Positions 42,335 through 53,668 are shown, counted from the stretch's first letter. The stretch is DNA of 64,000 nucleotides from Candidatus Bathyarchaeota archaeon (GCA_963717465.1 OY970340.1:1888001-1952000), one strand, 5' to 3'. Numbers and translations are program-made. The notes: generated by a model not told the origin, from the sequence alone.

Positions 42335-43372
42335 TTAATGTTCTGGTTGGTTAGGCTCTAAGATAACCTTTAATGATGCTCCTGCTTCTGCCATGAGTCT
42401 GAAGCCTTCTTGGGCTTCGCGAAGACTAAGCTTATGCGTAATCATGTCTTTGACATTCATTTCTTTCTTTGCTAAAATAGCTAGGGCATCTTCTAAATCG
42501 TTTGGGGCTGCGCCATAACTTGTTTTTAGGGTTATTTCGTTTCTCCAGAACTGGTTAATCGGCACTGGGAATTTTTACGCTTGGGTCTGGTACGGCAAAA
42601 AACAGGATGGTGCCCCCTTTGTCCACGCAGTCCAATGCTGATATGGTGGCTGAAGTTGCGCCAGTGCAGACGATCACTTGATCCGCTAAGCGTCCATCGT
42701 TTACTTCTTTAATTTTCTCTGGCATAGTCACCTTTCGCGTCTATTGCATGGTGAGCACCAAATTTCTCGGCAAGCTTTAATCTGTAAGGGTTAATGTCGG
42801 CCACGATGATATTTTCGACTCCCTTGTGTTTTGCCAGTTGAACGTGAAGTATTCCAGATACTCCGCTTCCGATTATCAGCAGCTGAGTCATCTTTTTTCA
42901 GATTAGCCAATCTTTGACCGCGAGAAACACATGCCAAGAGGCTCAATGAATGTGCCTTCTTCAAAAGTCATGTCGTCTGGCAGCTTGTAGACGCCGAATT
43001 CAACGTTTATTTTTGGCACTTGAATATACTGAGAAAATCCGCCTGGGTAATAATTTGTTGTATGTAGCGTCTCGCAGGCAGTATGATATCCCCGTATGCA
43101 ATACCGGCATTTGTTGCATGGAACATGATGCGAAACAAAAACTCGGTCGCCAACTTTTAAGCTTGTAACTTTTGCGCCGACTTTATCTATGACTCCTGTT
43201 GCCTCGTGCCCAAGCACTCTTGGAGCTTTAGGTACACGTACCATTCTATAACGTCGCTTCCGCATATGCCGCTTGCCATAACCTTAAGCAAAACTTCCTC
43301 ATCGCCAATTTGAGGAATGGGAAACTCTTGAATTCTCACATCATGATTATTATAGTAAACTGCAACGAGCAC
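42335..43372 (-). CDS. Zn-dependent alcohol/sorbitol dehydrogenase (MDR family), split by about five single-base indels
   Basis: GICGSD, LGHEATG, CNKCRYC..C, GSGVSG, ITHKLSL..KVILEP across consecutive fragments. Confidence 0.8.
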
Positions 43373-43398
43373 TAAATTCACCAAAAAAATAGAAAAAA

Positions 43399-44197
43399 TT
43401 ATGCTTTTCCAGTTTTCACTTGTTCAAACAGGTCTAATGCTTCTTTTGATGTGTAATTGTCGTGAATTATGGCTCTTATCGCTTTTATCGCTGCGACAGG
43501 GTGCTCTGTTTGCCAAATGTTCCTGCCAAGATTAACGCCTATTGCACCTTTCTGCATTCCGTCATAGACAAAATCAAAAACTTCGGCTTGGGTTTCAGTT
43601 TTCGGTCCGCCTGCAATTACAACTGGGACTGGGCATCCGTCGACGATTTTTTCAAAATTCTCTTTGCAATAATAGGTTTTGACTACTCGTGCTCCTATTT
43701 CTGCGGAAACTCGTGCGGCTAAGGCTAAGTATCGTGCTTCTCTTTTTTCAAGTTCTTTTCCAACTGCGGTTACAGCCATAACTGGCATACCGTAGTCTTC
43801 ACATTCGTCAACGAGTTTTGCGAGGTTGCTGAGGCTTTTATTCTCGTATTTTGAGCCTACGAATACTGACATGGAAACTGCTGACGCGTTTAACCGTAAA
43901 ATCTCCTGAACAGACGTGACTATGCTTTCGTTTGCTAAATCTTCGCCAACAACTGTTACCGCTCCAGAGACTCTCAGAATGAATGGCTTGTCAATTGTTG
44001 GGTCAATGCAGTTTCTAAGAACTCCCCGTAGTGAGCATTACTCCATCAGCGTACTGCCAGATTGGCTCGATAGTTTTTCCTGGCTTCTCCAATCCATGAG
44101 TTGGCCCTTGAAAGTAACCATGATCCACTGGCAAAAAGAGGGCTTTACCATCTTTTTGGAAAAGTCGGCTTAACCTGTTTTTCATTCCCCAATCCAT
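43399..44197 (-). CDS. lsrF: LsrF-like thiolase/class I aldolase; frameshift near 44030
   Basis: MDWGMKNRLSR, DHGYFQGPT, MLTRGVLR after repair, VVKTYY, VIAGGPK, GRNIWQ. Confidence 0.85.
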
Positions 44198-44368
44198 AAC
44201 TTATTTCTCCGCAAAATCTTTTAGCTTCAGGATTAAATAACCTTATCTATATAACCCGCTCAATTAAATAGGCTTGTATTAATTAGGCGTCTCGCTTTCC
44301 GCGCTGATTTTGCTTATAATTTTTAATTTAGCCAAACTCTTTTATAACACAAGCAGAATAGCTTTTTT

Positions 44369-44920
44369 GTGATTTCTAACCCAGTTATTGATGCAATAAA
44401 AGCACGAAGATCAATCAGAAGCTATCAAGATAAACTAGTGCCACAAGAATTGATTGACACCATTATTGAAGCTGGCACATGGGCACCAACAGCTTGCAAT
44501 ATTCAACCCTGGAAATTTACAGTAATAAAAGGCAGGACCGCATGCAAAACAATCTCTGACAAAACCAAAACAATCATATCCAAAAATGCAGATCCAAAAA
44601 TAAGAAAACGATTTAGCGATCCACAGTTAGACTTAACTTTTTGTGCTCCTTTGGTTATCTTTATTTCCGCAGCTAAGTCGCCTTTTGCAGCAATTGACTG
44701 TAACCTGGCTGCTGAAAACATGGTTTTAGCCGCTTACTCGCTTGGCTTAGGCAGCATCTACAGCGGTACATTGATGAGTTTAAGTCAGGACCAAAAGACT
44801 AAAGCTGAGCTTGGCATTACAGGCAACAACGAGGTTTATGCTGCAATAGTGTTTGGCTACCCTAACGAGCAGCCTAAGGCATCGCGAAATAAACCAGCGA
44901 TTATTAAACAGATTGAATAA
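44369..44920 (+). CDS. Nitroreductase family protein
   Basis: RRSIRSY, APTACNIQPWKF, AAENMVLAAYSLGLGS, FGYP. Confidence 0.92.
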   Translation: MISNPVIDAIKARRSIRSYQDKLVPQELIDTIIEAGTWAPTACNIQPWKFTVIKGRTACKTISDKTKTIISKNADPKIRKRFSDPQLDLTFCAPLVIFISAAKSPFAAIDCNLAAENMVLAAYSLGLGSIYSGTLMSLSQDQKTKAELGITGNNEVYAAIVFGYPNEQPKASRNKPAIIKQIE

Positions 44921-45010
44921 TAATCCCTTACTTTCTTTTTTGAAATCTAACAGATCAGCAACAAAAAGATAATAAATCAGCAAGCCATTAAATGCCTAGC
45001 TAATAGAATT

Positions 45011-45514
45011 TTGGAGGTTTTTGTAACGGTTAATGTTGGAGAAAAGGCTCCGGATTTCACTTTGCCTTCTCAAATGGGGGATAAAGTGACACTCTCGGAA
45101 TATTTTGGTAAAAAGAACGTTGTTCTCTATTTCTATCCTAAAGATGAATCAAGTGGTTGTACTAAAGAGGCTTGCAAATTCAGGGATAACTATGACGTCT
45201 TTACAGGGTTAGGGGCGGAAGTTCTTGGTGTGAGTTCGCAAAGTGTTGAGTCGCATAACTCCTTTGCTTCGCACTATGGGTTACAGTTTATTTTGCTGAG
45301 TGATGAAAAGAAAGAGGTTAGAAAATTGTACGATGTTGCGGGTTCAATGGGCTTTCCTGGGCGAGTCACCTTTGTAATTGATAAGAAAGGGATAGTTCGC
45401 CACATATTTTCTTCGCAGCTTCAGGCTGAACAGCATATTGAAGAAGCCCTTGTAACGCTAAAGACACTGGAGGAAGAAGAGAAAAACCAAAAGACCGATA
45501 ATCTGCCTAAATAA
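45011..45514 (+). CDS. bcp: Peroxiredoxin, BCP/PrxQ type
   Basis: KAPDFTL, YFYPKDESSGCTKEAC, RVTFVID. Confidence 0.92.
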   Translation: MEVFVTVNVGEKAPDFTLPSQMGDKVTLSEYFGKKNVVLYFYPKDESSGCTKEACKFRDNYDVFTGLGAEVLGVSSQSVESHNSFASHYGLQFILLSDEKKEVRKLYDVAGSMGFPGRVTFVIDKKGIVRHIFSSQLQAEQHIEEALVTLKTLEEEEKNQKTDNLPK

Positions 45515-45642
45515 ATTACTGTAAATTACTGCGCACTAATTGGTAGGATCATAAGCAAATAAAGACTAAAAAAACGCCCGCTTTCTAGAAAGAGAAATTA
45601 ATCGTTATACACTTATCATAGTTAGAAGTTTTTGGTGTCATC

Positions 45643-47293
45643 ATGTCAAGGATATTGGATGAAACAGTTAGCTCTAAATTGAAAACGGCATTTGAGGCTT
45701 TAGTTAATCCTGTGCGTCTTATTTTCTTTACTCAAGAAAATGCGTGCCCCAACTGCTTGGACGAAGGCAACTTGCTGAGAGAAATAAGCGAATTATCAAG
45801 CAAGATAACATTGGAAGTTTATGACTTTGTTTTGAATAGCGATCAAGTATTGTCGTATAAGATAAATAAAATACCTGCAACGGCAATTGTGGGCAAGCGT
45901 GACTTTGGAATCCGTTTCTATGGGTTAACTCTTGGTTACGAGCTTACATCGCTCATAGAAGCCATTATTATGGTTTCAACTGAGCAGACAGGTCTTGACC
46001 CACGCCTGGAAATACCAGTTAAAACCATTGCTGATAGCGTTCATTTGCAGGTTATGACAACGCTAACATGCCCTCACTGCCCAAATATGGTGCGGATCGC
46101 ACACCAGTTTGCTTTTCTTAACGATAAAATTAGTGCAGACATGGTTGAAATGACCGAGTTTCCACATCTTGCCCAGCGATATAACGTTACTTCGACACCG
46201 AAAACAATCATAAATGAATCACAATCATTTGTAGGTGCACTCTCTTCTGAAGCTGTTTATCTGGAAATAATGAAAGCTGTAAATCCACAAAAGTTTAGAG
46301 AAATTGAAGAAGAACTAGCTGGCACTCAAGCGCCTAAAACTGGAAGCTTCAAAGAAATGCATGAATATCAGGTTGCTATTGTAGGCGGTGGACCAGCAGC
46401 CATGTCAGCTGCAATTTATGCTGCACGTAAAGGCTCAGAAGTTATTCTCATAGCCAAGAAGATTGGAGGACAGATTAACTATACTGCGTCAATCGATAAT
46501 TATCTTGGTTTGCCGGAAACAAGCGGTACTGATATGGCGCAAGCTTTTTTGGCACATATAGAAAAGTTTAAAATAGCAAAGATTTTCGGCTTAAACGTAA
46601 GTAAGATTGAACAGACACAATCTGGTTTTGAGCTTCTTATGGAAGATAATCAGCGCATTAAGGCTAAGTCTGTCATTTATTGTGCTGGAAAAGAATACCG
46701 CAAGTTAGGAGTGGCAGGCGAAGAACGTTTTATCGGAAACGGTGTTGGGTTCTGTGCAACCTGCGATGCCCCGCTCTATGCAGGGAAACGTGTTGCGGTT
46801 GTAGGCGGCGGTAATTCAGCGTTTACGAGTGCACGGGATCTTCTTAATTATGCTTCTGAGATTAACATTATTCACCGAGAAAATGAGTTTACTGCAGATG
46901 CGACGCTAATCCAACAAGTAAGGCAATCAAGTAAAGTTAAATTTCATAAGCCGTTTGAAGTTGAAGAGTTCTTAGGCACCGATAAATTGTTAGGACTTAG
47001 ATTAGAATCCATAAATAAAAAAGAACGATATGACATTTCCGTGGATGGTGTATTTTTGGAAATTGGCTTAACGCCAAATAGCAAACCACTAGCGAGTTTG
47101 ATTAATTTAACCCCGCAAGGGGAAGTACCTGTTAACCGTGACCAATCAACTCAAATCAAGGGGCTTTTTGCAGCAGGTGACGTAACTGACACCGAGGAAA
47201 AACAAATTTCGAATCGCGATTGGACAAGGTGCCGCAGCGGCGTTATCTGCCTACAAATATCTAATTGAAAATGAACCTGTAACCAGAAAATAG
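45643..47293 (+). CDS. AhpF-like fusion of a protein-disulfide oxidoreductase domain and thioredoxin reductase; frameshift near 47212
   Basis: CPNC and CPHC; GGGPAA, CATCD, GGGNSA, AAGD; repaired end ISIAIGQGAAAALSAYKYL. Confidence 0.88.
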
Positions 47294-47445
47294 GCGGGCA
47301 AAGAAATCTGGGAATAGCAAGCGCGCACTCAAAGGAAGAGCTGGTAAATTACGAGAAGAATTCTAGAAGGCAACAACAAACTAGAACAAACCATGCTCTT
47401 TCCAAAAGACCCTTAATTGGCTTAAAAGAAAAATAGACTTTGCAA

Positions 47446-47859
47446 CTATGCTAGCTTTTTGCTATTCGCTCCAGGAGATGCAGAAAATACTTCATCGATT
47501 TTTATGGTGCCAACACTTTTGATAGGCGGAAATTTGTGTTCAGCCATCTTTTTAGCAAAGTTATCAAATAAAGGACCTGATGTTTGGAAACCAAGAAATT
47601 TACCTTTCAATTGGTAAGCAGTTGCTGGAAGTTTGAAAACTGTTACTGATGCTCTCTTGGTTTTTTCCAAGTTATGTTTTGTATGTATAATCATCATTTC
47701 TGCAAAAGCTAATGTATCATCACCAATAGGTGTTATACTGTAAACAGGCACTGCATTAGGAACCCCATTTTCATCAACTGAAACTAAAATTCTAATTGAA
47801 TCTTGTGCATTAAGAACATCTACAACCTCTTTTGGAATAACTGTCAAAATTATCACCAA
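47446..47859 (-). CDS. Pyridoxamine 5'-phosphate oxidase-like FMN-binding protein
   Basis: SVDENGVPNAVP, HTKHNL, YQLKG, IDEVFSASPG. Confidence 0.8.
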   Translation of the reverse strand: MVIILTVIPKEVVDVLNAQDSIRILVSVDENGVPNAVPVYSITPIGDDTLAFAEMMIIHTKHNLEKTKRASVTVFKLPATAYQLKGKFLGFQTSGPLFDNFAKKMAEHKFPPIKSVGTIKIDEVFSASPGANSKKLA

Positions 47860-48266
47860 TTACTTTGAATAACTATTAAGTTATAAAACTTTGTCGTTGC
47901 TATTTAGCCACACTAAAAAGCACACGTGCTTATGATATTTATCCACGCACACGATTCAGTTCGCGTCTTCCCAAGTACACTAATCTTCTTTTGGTCCAAA
48001 TAATGCTTCTCCCATAATTTATTGATAGTTTATTAGGGGCGATATAGGGTTAAGCGTTTCTTGTGAAAATCCAGTTATAAGCAAGGACTTACTTGCGAGT
48101 AATTAACTTGCAAATTCTTGTCAGTTACATAAGAGAATGAAGAAAATAGTAATCGCTGAAAATAAAAAATGCAGGTCTTTAAGCAGTCAATGTTTGTGGC
48201 TGCATTTGTGTTTACACATATTGTTAATAGCGACATTTTCACCATCCATTTTATTGGTGATTAGTT

Positions 48267-48737
48267 ATGTCAACTGAAAATCCATTAATAATGAAAGAAA
48301 AACGCGGCAAGATCATGGGTCCAGTAGATTACTTGGTAGTAAGGTTTCCAGGAAATAAATTCAGTGGCAAAATCATCCCGGAACTAGTTAATCTAGCGAG
48401 GAGAAACATTATTCGCGTTTTGGATTTAGTCTTTGTCTTCAAGGACGGGGATGGAAATCTGTCTATTACTGAAGCAAAGGACTTAAAGGATGATACAGGC
48501 ACACTCGGAGAATTGACTAGGAACACCGGTGAATGGTTCTATGAAGGCGATATAGATGCGATTGCAGCATCGTTAGAAAATAATAGTTCAGCGAGTATTT
48601 TGCTGGTCGAGAACATTTGGGCCATCCGTTTTAAAGAGGCACTGCTTGAGGCCAATGCAGAGCTAATCGAGATGGGTCGCATTCCACCAGAAACGATTGC
48701 TAAAGTAGAAAAAGCAATAGTGCAAGGAGGCACCTAA
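48267..48737 (+). CDS. DUF6325-like protein
   Basis: MGPVDYLVVRFPGNKFSG, IRVLDLVFV, LLVENIWA, GRIP; start may be 48315. Confidence 0.75.
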   Translation: MSTENPLIMKEKRGKIMGPVDYLVVRFPGNKFSGKIIPELVNLARRNIIRVLDLVFVFKDGDGNLSITEAKDLKDDTGTLGELTRNTGEWFYEGDIDAIAASLENNSSASILLVENIWAIRFKEALLEANAELIEMGRIPPETIAKVEKAIVQGGT

Positions 48738-48740
48738 AAC

Positions 48741-48989
48741 ATGAGAGGAAGAGGAGTAATGCTTGTAGCGGGAACACGAATGGGCGAGAAAAAAGGAGAA
48801 CAGCAAGCACAAGCGCAAATGCAAGCCCAGCAACAGCAGCAAGCACAACAGAAGACACAGGCTCCGTCAACTGCACCAGCACCAACCAAAGATGTCACTG
48901 CAGAACTGCAGAAACTGTCAGAACTTCACAACTCAGGTGCACTCACAGAACAAGAATTCGCTGACGCCAAGAAAAAGCTCCTAACGTAA
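48741..48989 (+). CDS. SHOCT-domain protein with Gln-rich linker
   Basis: ELQKLSELHNSGALTEQEFADAKKKLL. Confidence 0.85.
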   Translation: MRGRGVMLVAGTRMGEKKGEQQAQAQMQAQQQQQAQQKTQAPSTAPAPTKDVTAELQKLSELHNSGALTEQEFADAKKKLLT

Positions 48990-49258
48990 TAGAGACCTGC
49001 AAAAAGAATAAGTGACAATGGAACTCTTTTTTTGAAAACAGGTTCTTTAACAAACCAAAAAAGAAAATTGTTGCACAAAAAGTGGCCAACTTGGTCTAAT
49101 CAAGTGATCTTTCACGCAAGAAAAATGTTCACTTATAACATATCAACGGCTTTAGCAGCTGAAAAACTTGAGTTAACGAAAAAGGGAAAATAAGGGTGAA
49201 AAGAGAATAAGTGCTCTTCTAGAGTAGCAAGTACTAACGTCTTTGGATGGGAGATGTC

Positions 49259-49441
49259 TTATTCGATTATTTGAATTGCGGCTGTAGGACATTGAACTTC
49301 GCATGCTCTGCAGACAATACAGTCGTTAGCTCTTACTGGTACGGATTTTCCGTCTTTCATTTCAAAGACATTAACAGGACAAGTGGTTACGCAGACTTCG
49401 TCTCCAGTGCATTTAGTGTTGTCAACTATTACCTTTACCAT
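49259..49441 (-). CDS. Dicluster 4Fe-4S ferredoxin
   Basis: CTGDEVCVTTCP (Asp at the second ligand position) and CIVCRACEVQCP. Confidence 0.9.
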   Translation of the reverse strand: MVKVIVDNTKCTGDEVCVTTCPVNVFEMKDGKSVPVRANDCIVCRACEVQCPTAAIQIIE

Positions 49442-49713
49442 TTTTCTTACCTTCTACTGAATTTTATCAAAAGCAAGCAAGAATGATAAAAACATTTAGG
49501 CTCATTAAACGTAGTTCTTTATTAAATAGTATACGTAAAAACATTTTTGCAAATTCACTTTAACTTCTTAAACTAAGCGAGAAAGAAAGAAAGATTTAAT
49601 TTTAATCTTCAAACTCAAACTCAAGATTCATTTTGGCTTCTCTTTGTAAAGAGAAACAAATGACTTTGATCTCGGTGGGTCTATTACCGTGCGCAAATTT
49701 GTTCTTCAGTGAG

Positions 49714-50613
49714 CTACTTAGACAGGAACCTCCAAGATAGAACGATTCCAATTGCTGATAATATTGCTGCAAAGGCAATCAAGACTGCAAAATCCACACC
49801 AATGCCGAATGTACTTGCAGAGTTGAGCAAGAGGTATCTTGTCGCGTCGTTAGTATAGCTGATGGGGTTGTACTTTACGACCGTTTGAAGCCAATCAGGC
49901 ATTATAGTTGTTGGGAACAGTGCATTGCTTGCGAATATCAATGGCAGACTAAGCAGGTTAACTATTGCTATTTGTGTTTGCCAGTCTGATGATCTTAATG
50001 CTAGCATTGTAAACAATGCTGATAGGCCCATTCCCATTAGGAATATGGCTGTAAATGCTCCTGCAATTCCAAGGACGCTGAACTGACTTACATCCATACC
50101 TAGTAACACTGCGATGACCAGGATTATGGCACTTTGAACCAGTGATCTGACGACACTTTGAAGGATTTTGCTCATCACTATTGTTCCACGTGCAACAGGT
50201 GTACTTAATGCTTTGTTCATGAAGCCGAATCTTCGGTCAAAAACCACTGACATCCCGCTGAATGATGAAGTGAAGACAACTATGAAGGCAAGCATTCCAC
50301 AGGCTAAAAATGAGAAGTAACTTGTGGTCCCGAAAAAGTGTAACAGTATTGCGTTTTGTTCAGCTTGTGTGACTCCCGGTCCTGAGATGAAAGATCCGAA
50401 GTTTAATGCTTTCCCGAATAGTCCAAGCCAAACTACAGGTTGGATTAGTGATAAAAGGAGTTGAATTGGATTTGTGTACCATTTTCTCAAGTCTCTGTTC
50501 GTAAGTGCCCAGAGTGCATGTAGCGGACTTTTGTTTATTTTTGGAGGGTTTCTTGTTGTTTTCGGGGTTACACTTGTTTCTGTTGGTTGCTTTTTTGTTT
50601 CATTTTCAGTCAT
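49714..50613 (-). CDS. ABC-2 (DrrB-like) exporter permease
   Basis: Six TMs, DRRFGFMNKALSTP, NPISY. Confidence 0.9.
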   Translation of the reverse strand: MTENETKKQPTETSVTPKTTRNPPKINKSPLHALWALTNRDLRKWYTNPIQLLLSLIQPVVWLGLFGKALNFGSFISGPGVTQAEQNAILLHFFGTTSYFSFLACGMLAFIVVFTSSFSGMSVVFDRRFGFMNKALSTPVARGTIVMSKILQSVVRSLVQSAIILVIAVLLGMDVSQFSVLGIAGAFTAIFLMGMGLSALFTMLALRSSDWQTQIAIVNLLSLPLIFASNALFPTTIMPDWLQTVVKYNPISYTNDATRYLLLNSASTFGIGVDFAVLIAFAAILSAIGIVLSWRFLSK

Positions 50614-50625
50614 AATTTTCACCTT

Positions 50626-51636
50626 TTATGCTCTTGCTCTGCTCAGAGTTGCCCGGCGACTCATCATATGGAGTTTATCAGATTCTTCTTCTCGCAGTTC
50701 GTGTCCTGTGAATTCTAAGTATACTTCGTCTAGCGTTGGCTTTGTTAATGAGATTTTGGTTACGTGTAGTCCTTTATTTCGGATTAGGTCTGTGATTTGA
50801 GGGGAAGCTTCTTCTCCAAGCTCCACCTTGATTCGGTAATTCTTATCGCTTTTCTTAACATCTTTAACCAATTTTATTTTGGCAATAGCACTTGAAATGT
50901 CGGGTTCCGTTTCTTGAACGGTTACTGTTATCACGTCTCCTCCTATGCTTGCTTTGAGCTCTTCCGGGGTGCCGATTTTTATAATGTGCCCATGGTCAAT
51001 TATGGCTATTCTGTCACAAATCGAATCAGCTTCTTCGAGGTAATGGGTAGTCATGAAAAGTGTCATTTGGTATTCTTCTTTGAGCTTTTTTATGTATTTC
51101 CAGACTGCAGTTCTTGTTTGAACGTCAAGGCCAAGTGTTGGTTCGTCTAAAAATAGTAGTTTTGGATAATTAATTAAGCCGCAGGCTAATTCTAGCCTTC
51201 TGCGCATTCCTCCTGAGAATGTGCTGACTTTTTTGTTTTCGGCGTCTTGGAGCTCGACTAGTCTTAATAGTTCTTTTGCGTGTGGTTTCGAATCACTTCT
51301 GGATATGCCGTACAGGTCTGCGCAGAGGAGGATGTTATTAATTCCGGTCATATCTTCGTCGGCAGTGTATTCTTGTGGCACAACTCCGATGTTGCTTCGC
51401 ACTTCGTTTGCGTGCTTAAGAATATCGTAGCCGCAAACCTTTGCATCTCCAGAAGTGGGCTTTAAAATAGTGATGAGCATATTGATGGTTGTAGTTTTCC
51501 CTGCACCGTTTGGTCCAAGAAAACCGAAAATTTCCCCTTTCTTAACATAAAAGTTGATGTGGTCAACCGCGATTAGAGTTTTATTAAAAACTTTAGTTAA
51601 CCCTTCAACTTTAATTATATCTTCATTTTCACTCAT
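50626..51636 (-). CDS. ABC exporter ATP-binding protein (DrrA-like)
   Basis: GPNGAGKT, FSGGMRRRLE, LDEPT, PTLDEVYLEFTG. Confidence 0.95.
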   Translation of the reverse strand: MSENEDIIKVEGLTKVFNKTLIAVDHINFYVKKGEIFGFLGPNGAGKTTTINMLITILKPTSGDAKVCGYDILKHANEVRSNIGVVPQEYTADEDMTGINNILLCADLYGISRSDSKPHAKELLRLVELQDAENKKVSTFSGGMRRRLELACGLINYPKLLFLDEPTLGLDVQTRTAVWKYIKKLKEEYQMTLFMTTHYLEEADSICDRIAIIDHGHIIKIGTPEELKASIGGDVITVTVQETEPDISSAIAKIKLVKDVKKSDKNYRIKVELGEEASPQITDLIRNKGLHVTKISLTKPTLDEVYLEFTGHELREEESDKLHMMSRRATLSRARA

Positions 51637-52237
51637 TTTTTTTACCTTCAATTTTTTTTGTTAATTTTCCAAATTTTTCAGAAGTATCATCTATTATTTT
51701 TTTCATTTCATCCAATGTTTCTTCAGAAAAGTTTTCTTGCAAGGCATTGCTCAATTGTAACATTGCTCGACCAGCACGCATGAATGTTTCCCGAACGATC
51801 GCGGTCTTTTCAGGAGGAACTTTTCTAAAGAAGTCGCCGAAGGGCCTTTGCTGAAAACCCATTGTTTCCTTATATTTTCCCATAATGTTTCTTTGATTTT
51901 CGAGTAGTACTTTTCCTTTTTCATTGAGCTCGTAGCGTTTCATGCCGTTTTCGGTTGGGAGTTCTCTTATGTAGCCGCTGTCCTGCAGATAGGCTAGAAG
52001 AGGGTAGATTGAGCCTGGGCTTGGTTTCCAGAATCCGCCAGTAAACTTTTCGATATTTTCGATTAACTCCGATCCAGATAGGGGCTTTTCATTAAGAGCA
52101 ATTAGGACTTGGTGTCGAATGAATCCTTTCGGAACCGTGGCGGTGTGTCGTATCCATTTGCGCTTTTGCTGCAATAACTGTTTTTCTTCGCGCAGTTGTC
52201 GTCTTATTCTATTTCTTTCTCTCCGCTCTTCAGCCAT
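51629..52237 (-). CDS. PadR-family transcriptional regulator
   Basis: WKPSPGSIYPLL..YELNEKG. Confidence 0.9.
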   Translation of the reverse strand: MAEERRERNRIRRQLREEKQLLQQKRKWIRHTATVPKGFIRHQVLIALNEKPLSGSELIENIEKFTGGFWKPSPGSIYPLLAYLQDSGYIRELPTENGMKRYELNEKGKVLLENQRNIMGKYKETMGFQQRPFGDFFRKVPPEKTAIVRETFMRAGRAMLQLSNALQENFSEETLDEMKKIIDDTSEKFGKLTKKIEGKKNE

Positions 52238-52275
52238 AATGTTATGCCGCTATGGATATTATTGGATTAGTCATG

Positions 52276-52300
52276 TGTGATATCATTTGTGATATTTAAA
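52276..52300 (-). promoter_or_regulatory. TATA box and candidate PadR operator
   Basis: TGATATCA palindrome at 52278-52285 and a repeated TGTGATAT abutting TTTAAA. Confidence 0.45.
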
Positions 52301-52360
52301 GTTGCTGGAAAACAAGTAAATTTTTTTAAAAAAAAACAAAATCAATATGCAAAAAGAGAA

Positions 52361-52650
52361 TTAGCTGATTAACGTTCCAAATTTTCGCCTTTAATGGCCA
52401 ATAAAATATTTTCAGGAACAAAACCGTTAAAAACAATCAGTTTCAGCTGGTTACATTTCAAAACCTTAACAGCCTCAGGATCAATTAATCAATTACATAG
52501 TGCATTCCTGCCTTATGCGCATTCTCCTCAAAAATCTAAGGCAATCATCAAAAGACAAGCGATCCAACTTAACAGCGCCAGCATACTTGCGGGAGTCCTT
52601 GTCATATACGCCATCTTGATCTGTGCCCTTTATAAGCAGATATGCTTTTC
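52361..52650 (-). pseudogene. pyrH: UMP kinase C-terminal relic
   Basis: Minus-strand translation LLIKGTDQDGVYDKDSRKYAGAVKLDRLSFDD / HKAGMHYVID / IDPEAVKVL..NGFVPENILLAIKGENFGTLIS*; N-terminal half missing, frameshifts, 8-bp duplication at 52480-52495. Confidence 0.8.
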
Positions 52651-52845
52651 CTTCGAGTAGTTGAGCGGTTCAATCGACCAGAGTAAATGAGTTATGCGAG
52701 TAGAGTAAGTGCGGTGAGCAAGAGGATAGAAGAAGAATAAGAAGAAGATAAAGAAGTAGTTGTTAATGAAGAAGAGAGAGAAATTAAATTTTAATCCAAA
52801 AAAGAGTGTTCAGTAAAAGCAAGTTACTCAAACATGGTGATCTTT

Positions 52846-53296
52846 TTATTGCACAACTAAGACAGGGCATTTAGCTAAATGAACAATTCTTTCACTTGTG
52901 GTTCCCATGAAAGTCTCATGCACTCTACTTAATCCTTTATGACCAATCACGATTAAATCAAAATTTTTTGTTGCATCAACGATTTCGTGAATCGGATTAC
53001 CTTCTTTTACCAAAGGCAAAAGAGTCATGTTTGGTTTAAATTCTTTAAGCTTGTCAATTACATTAGCTATTGCCTGTTCACTCCTTTTTTTTCTTTCTTC
53101 TATGATTGATGGATCGAATTTTTCGATTGGTACGTTCCCAGCCGCTCCAAGCCAAATATCTGTAGGCGGCGGAATTTGAACAACATTTAAAATAGTAATC
53201 GAAGCATTCAGTTTTTCAGCTAAGTCTACAGCTGCATCCACAGCTCTTTTTTGAGTTTTCAGAAAAATCAACAGATGCCAATATTTTACTTATCAC
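52846..53296 (-). CDS. Universal stress protein; frameshift in an A run near 53250
   Basis: Repaired start MISKILASVDFSENSKRAV; GNPIHEI, DLIVIGHKG..MGTTSERIVHLAKCPVLVV. Confidence 0.9.
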
Positions 53297-53668
53297 AAAA
53301 ATAGTTAGGCGTTAAACGCTTAATAAATTTTTTCCGCACTGAGCTGGTTGTTAAGTTCTGTTTTTCTTGTTTTAAACCGAGCTTAGTAGTATACTCAATT
53401 CTTTAATGTACGTGTGTTCTTATTTTATTTGATTCTGGTTTCTTTAGCGGAGTATACTAGATTCCGACATTGTTTTTCGAGTATATCCTTTTTCCCTTAG
53501 GGATATACGCGTTTTTTTTATGTTGGTGTAATACTTGAATATCCTGATTTATGCTTGAACATCCTTTACTTGAAATGATATAATCTTTCTTCTTGCCTGC
53601 CTTTTCAAGCAATTTTCAAGCAAGGCAGAATTAACCCGTGTGTGTGAGAAAGAAGAGGGGATTAAAAT

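Noticed and set aside
42335..43372. Programmed ribosomal frameshifting in split genes
   Set aside because: Multiple indels per gene, with no shared slippery site or stimulatory structure
52394..52660. 88-aa plus-strand ORF
   Set aside because: Antisense shadow of the pyrH relic
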